64,000 bases of DNA, taken from contig CAJINV010000003.1 of assembly GCA_905178155.1 (NCBI GenBank), forward strand, positions 1,669,557 through 1,733,556, written 5' to 3'. The notes beneath the pieces were generated by a model. That model did no database searches. It saw nothing but the letters and a program-made list of their open reading frames with translations, and was not told where the DNA came from. The DNA is from Amoebophrya sp. A120. Taxonomy: Eukaryota > Protista > Dinoflagellata. Position numbers and translations under genes: made by a program. Below are positions 60,824-64,000 of the stretch, one piece after another; within the stretch, counting starts at the first letter, position 1, and the number at the start of each line of letters is the position of its first letter.

Positions 60824-61955
60824 GGTCTGGTGTGTTTCTTGTAGTTGGAATTAGTACGTCTACTCAGAATCGTTTCGTCATCATGTGTGCGAGTTTTAGT
60901 GTCGTGCGGTGAAATGGCAACGCGACGACTCAGTAGAGGTCGTGCGTAGACTCAGTTCATGTGGGAAGCCAAAAAATAAAGTGCGGCGCTGTTGTCGTAG
61001 GCCAGCACAAGTGCGTACGAAGCTGGTACCAAAATTGCTGGTACATACGAAAAAACCTTGAGACTGGCTGCTTTCGCACTTTGGATTTGGAGCAGGTCGC
61101 ACTACGACGTCTGAAGCAAAAAGGACTACAGAGCAAGACACTCGGACTCACACACGCACACACACACACGCAAGATTCAAAGAAGTTTGCAGAATTTTGC
61201 TGCTCTGCAAGCTGAAGTGCGGAATACGAAGAAAAACACATCACGAACAAATTTACCGCTTGGCAGTTCTGCCTATGCGTTTGACAGACTTTGCCCCTTT
61301 GCGCTGTCGAATTGTGGCGAATCATCTTACGATGAGCGCAGCGCGTCTACTGTTGATTTTCTTCTCTGATGGCGTGTCAACAGAAAAAAGGTCTACCTGG
61401 GTCGGATGTAAGTACTACTTGCCGGGAGCGAGCCGATGATCCCGTCAAAACCGGTGGCTTCGTGTCTGATAAAATACAACGCTAGTCGCGAGAGTAAGTA
61501 AGTACATTTATTCGTGCAAGAGCCATTGCTGCACGTACACTGGATGTGCATCCGCTGCTCACTCCTTTGAGCAAGAGCACTAATTGACGCATTTCGAAAT
61601 ATACAAAGTGCGTCCGAGCGGGGATACAAAGCGTTCTGCCTTCACTTGAATGAAAACAACACTTTTGTTGGTGTTGTAGAAGAACTTGAGAGACGTAAGA
61701 AAATTTATAGAAAGTTCACACCGACAGCAGTGTGCTGCTTCTGTAGATACAACTAGCACTTGCTCTAGCGGTAAGTTCGCATTCGAAAAATTTCAGAAAA
61801 TTTTCGCTCAAGCATGCTCATGCATTCCCATGATATCCATGATTTTTTGCGACGTTCAACATTGTTTCTTGTTAGTACTATGCGTGTTTTGATTTTTTGT
61901 TGTGGTGTTTCAACCATAGAAAAGAAGAACATGCCCCGTGCCTCTCAACGAAGGC

Positions 61956-63998
61956 TCACCTCGGTGGGAGGGCGTTTTCGGCGATGCTTCCGTGGCGGGA
62001 GGTCGTGTCTTGGGTGCGGTACAGGGTGCAACACTTCTCGTATGTCACTACTCCGTCCCAGCATCCTGGATGGCCCGTGGGACCGTACCTGTTGATATTC
62101 ACGAAGAGAAAATTGATTCGCGTTTTTCTCTGTAGTGATTGCGTTTTCTTCTTACTTCTACCCACGAACATCAATATGCAGTTTATTGTTTCTCCAAGAC
62201 ACTGAGATCGATACTCCCATATTTATCGCAGCGAGAACAATTTGCGACCCAAATTTGAGCCGCGTGACAAGAATAGTTTTGTTTCTGCCTTCCTTTTATT
62301 TGAAAACAATTTGAATATACAAAACGGAAGACAACAACCACAAGCACAACGAAGAGAAAGATCGCAGAGTTACTGCTTATTTCAATACCACGGGCTGCAG
62401 CATATCTCCGGGGTGAAAGTCTGGGCCCAGCACCCCATGGGATCCTCCAACACGGGACCTCGCCTGGTGACGAACATCCTCAGCATGTTGAGACTGGTTT
62501 CCGACTTTTTGTACTCGCCGATCGCGCGGTTGTATTCTTTCATCATGCTGTGATACTCGTGCTTGTAGGATAGCAGTTCGTCGGCACACCTTTGCACGGC
62601 GGGCTCGCAGGACTCGGCTTTGGTGGTGCCTTGGGTGAGCGCTTCCAGCGTCGTTGTCACGATCTGCTCCTGCTTTTGGGGTGGCAGTTCTGGTGCCAGT
62701 TCCATTTCGTGAATTTTTGGAACGGGCTTACTGCAGACAAACGCGTTCTTCTTACTGTCTTTCACCAAACAGCTTCCATCGTGGAGGCGGTAAAATTGGC
62801 AGGCACGCGACGCGACAAAGCTGGTGAACGAGTTGGCTGCTCGCCAATTTTTGGTTATCAGTGTAGCTCTTTCCGTGCTGCCGTCACACAGCGTTGACGC
62901 CAGAGCGTCGCTTGCAGACGTGAGACCGAGGGTGTCAAGTAGGAAGGAGTCAGAACCGGCAGAAAAGCTCTGCTCTCGTGCTATCCCTACATAGGTTGCG
63001 TACTCCAGCAGAAAGTGCAACACCGTGAAGAGGACGCAAAACAGGAGAAGTGGTAATTTGACTATCCAGTTAAAAAAACGTTTCTTCATGCTAGTGTTCT
63101 TCGGACCCCGCGTGGATTGGTGTTCCCCGGCCGCTGCGCCAAGTATCGTTCCAGCGCGACCGGTATCTGCACTTCCATTTTCTCCTCCTACTTCGATTCC
63201 CGCTTTTCTCTTTAGCTCTTCGAACTGCGCCTGCCGCTCTTGTTCCTTTTCGGCCAGAAAGGCGTTCACCTGGCTGCAGAGCGTGTCTGACGCGTCCCGG
63301 AGCACCTCGTTTACCTTGTTCATCTGCTGGCTGCGCTCCTTGCGGAGGTCCCGATTTTCGTTCTGCACGTGGTCCATAAACTGCATCATCTTCTGCAGCA
63401 ACTGCGGCTGACTCGACAACTGACTCGCGAGTTCAAACCGCCACTCCTCAAACATCGACTCGTGGTCGTTTTCCATGTCCATTTGCTCCGTTTCTGATCC
63501 CTCCATCGGCATGTCCTGGTCTTGCATCGAAAACTGCTCCGTGGTCGCGGAAATTACCGAGCGTGACCGGTTGTTGCTAGTTCCGTAATCGTAGTGCATC
63601 TGCTGGTGGTGCTGCTCTCCTGCTTGATGTCCTGTAGACGAGGGCGTTGTGCCGAAGGGTCCGGAACCCGCAGCACTAGAAGCAGGTCCCCCGGGACCGG
63701 TCGTCGTGGCACTACCACTACCAGCTGCTCCAGGATGCTGGACGAATTGCATGCCGTGCTGACTCGGGCTCGCTTGTGCCAAATCGAAGGCACCACCGCC
63801 GATTTCTGAGGACTGGCTGATGCGGCCCCGCTTTTCCGGCGAGCTGCGGGTGCTGGAAGCCGCGCCAATCGGGAAGTCAAAGTGCTTGCTGCTCGCGGTC
63901 GACACGGACTCCTCCAACAGATTGCGCAACACCGTGGGCGAGGAGAGCTTGTAGGCCGGCAGCTCCTGCATGCGCGGGTCCGCGATCACGCTGGTCAT
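61956..63998 (-). CDS. Uncharacterised coiled-coil + TM protein with two C-terminal CWx5-6(P/Y)ExCC motifs; may start beyond the right edge
   Basis: 538-aa ORF; GT-AG intron 62089-62388 gives GCWAQTFTPEICCSPW|YGPTGHPGCWDGVVTYEKCC. Confidence 0.65.
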
Positions 63999-64000
63999 GC

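Overview
Eukaryotic, intron-containing, gene-dense DNA. All ~13 recognisable genes lie on the minus strand: GH55-like glucanase (partial), NFKBIL1-like/J-domain protein, two unknowns, SLC5 Na+/solute symporter, DDX11/CHL1, NEK-type kinase with an IFT57-like domain, TFxP-repeat coiled-coil protein, OSCA/TMEM63-like channel, ERCC6L2-like SNF2 ATPase, lysophospholipid acyltransferase, CCDC61 and a CW..CC-motif protein. The dominant feature is 16 short (150-333 bp) non-autonomous elements from six terminal-inverted-repeat (TIR) families. All begin TAT, end ATA and sit inside coding exons. Eleven have perfect 5-bp direct repeats, four have 4/5 matches and one has only TA. Removing each element plus one repeat copy restores the reading frame, including through helicase motif VI and the CCDC61 head domain. 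None can be given GT-AG ends, and members of one family occur in both orientations in same-strand genes. This matches the non-canonical introner elements known from the parasitic dinoflagellate Amoebophrya; the organism assignment is my inference. The sequence also shows a shared TGT(C/A/G)ATGC internal motif and a phased terminal A-tract across families, suggesting an orientation-independent excision code. A separate 1.5-kb insert flanked by a perfect 42-bp exon duplication, a long-TIR MITE, GC-rich relic islands and an intronic 11-mer minisatellite are also present. No transposase, rRNA, tRNA or CRISPR array was seen. All coordinates and splice models were derived by eye.
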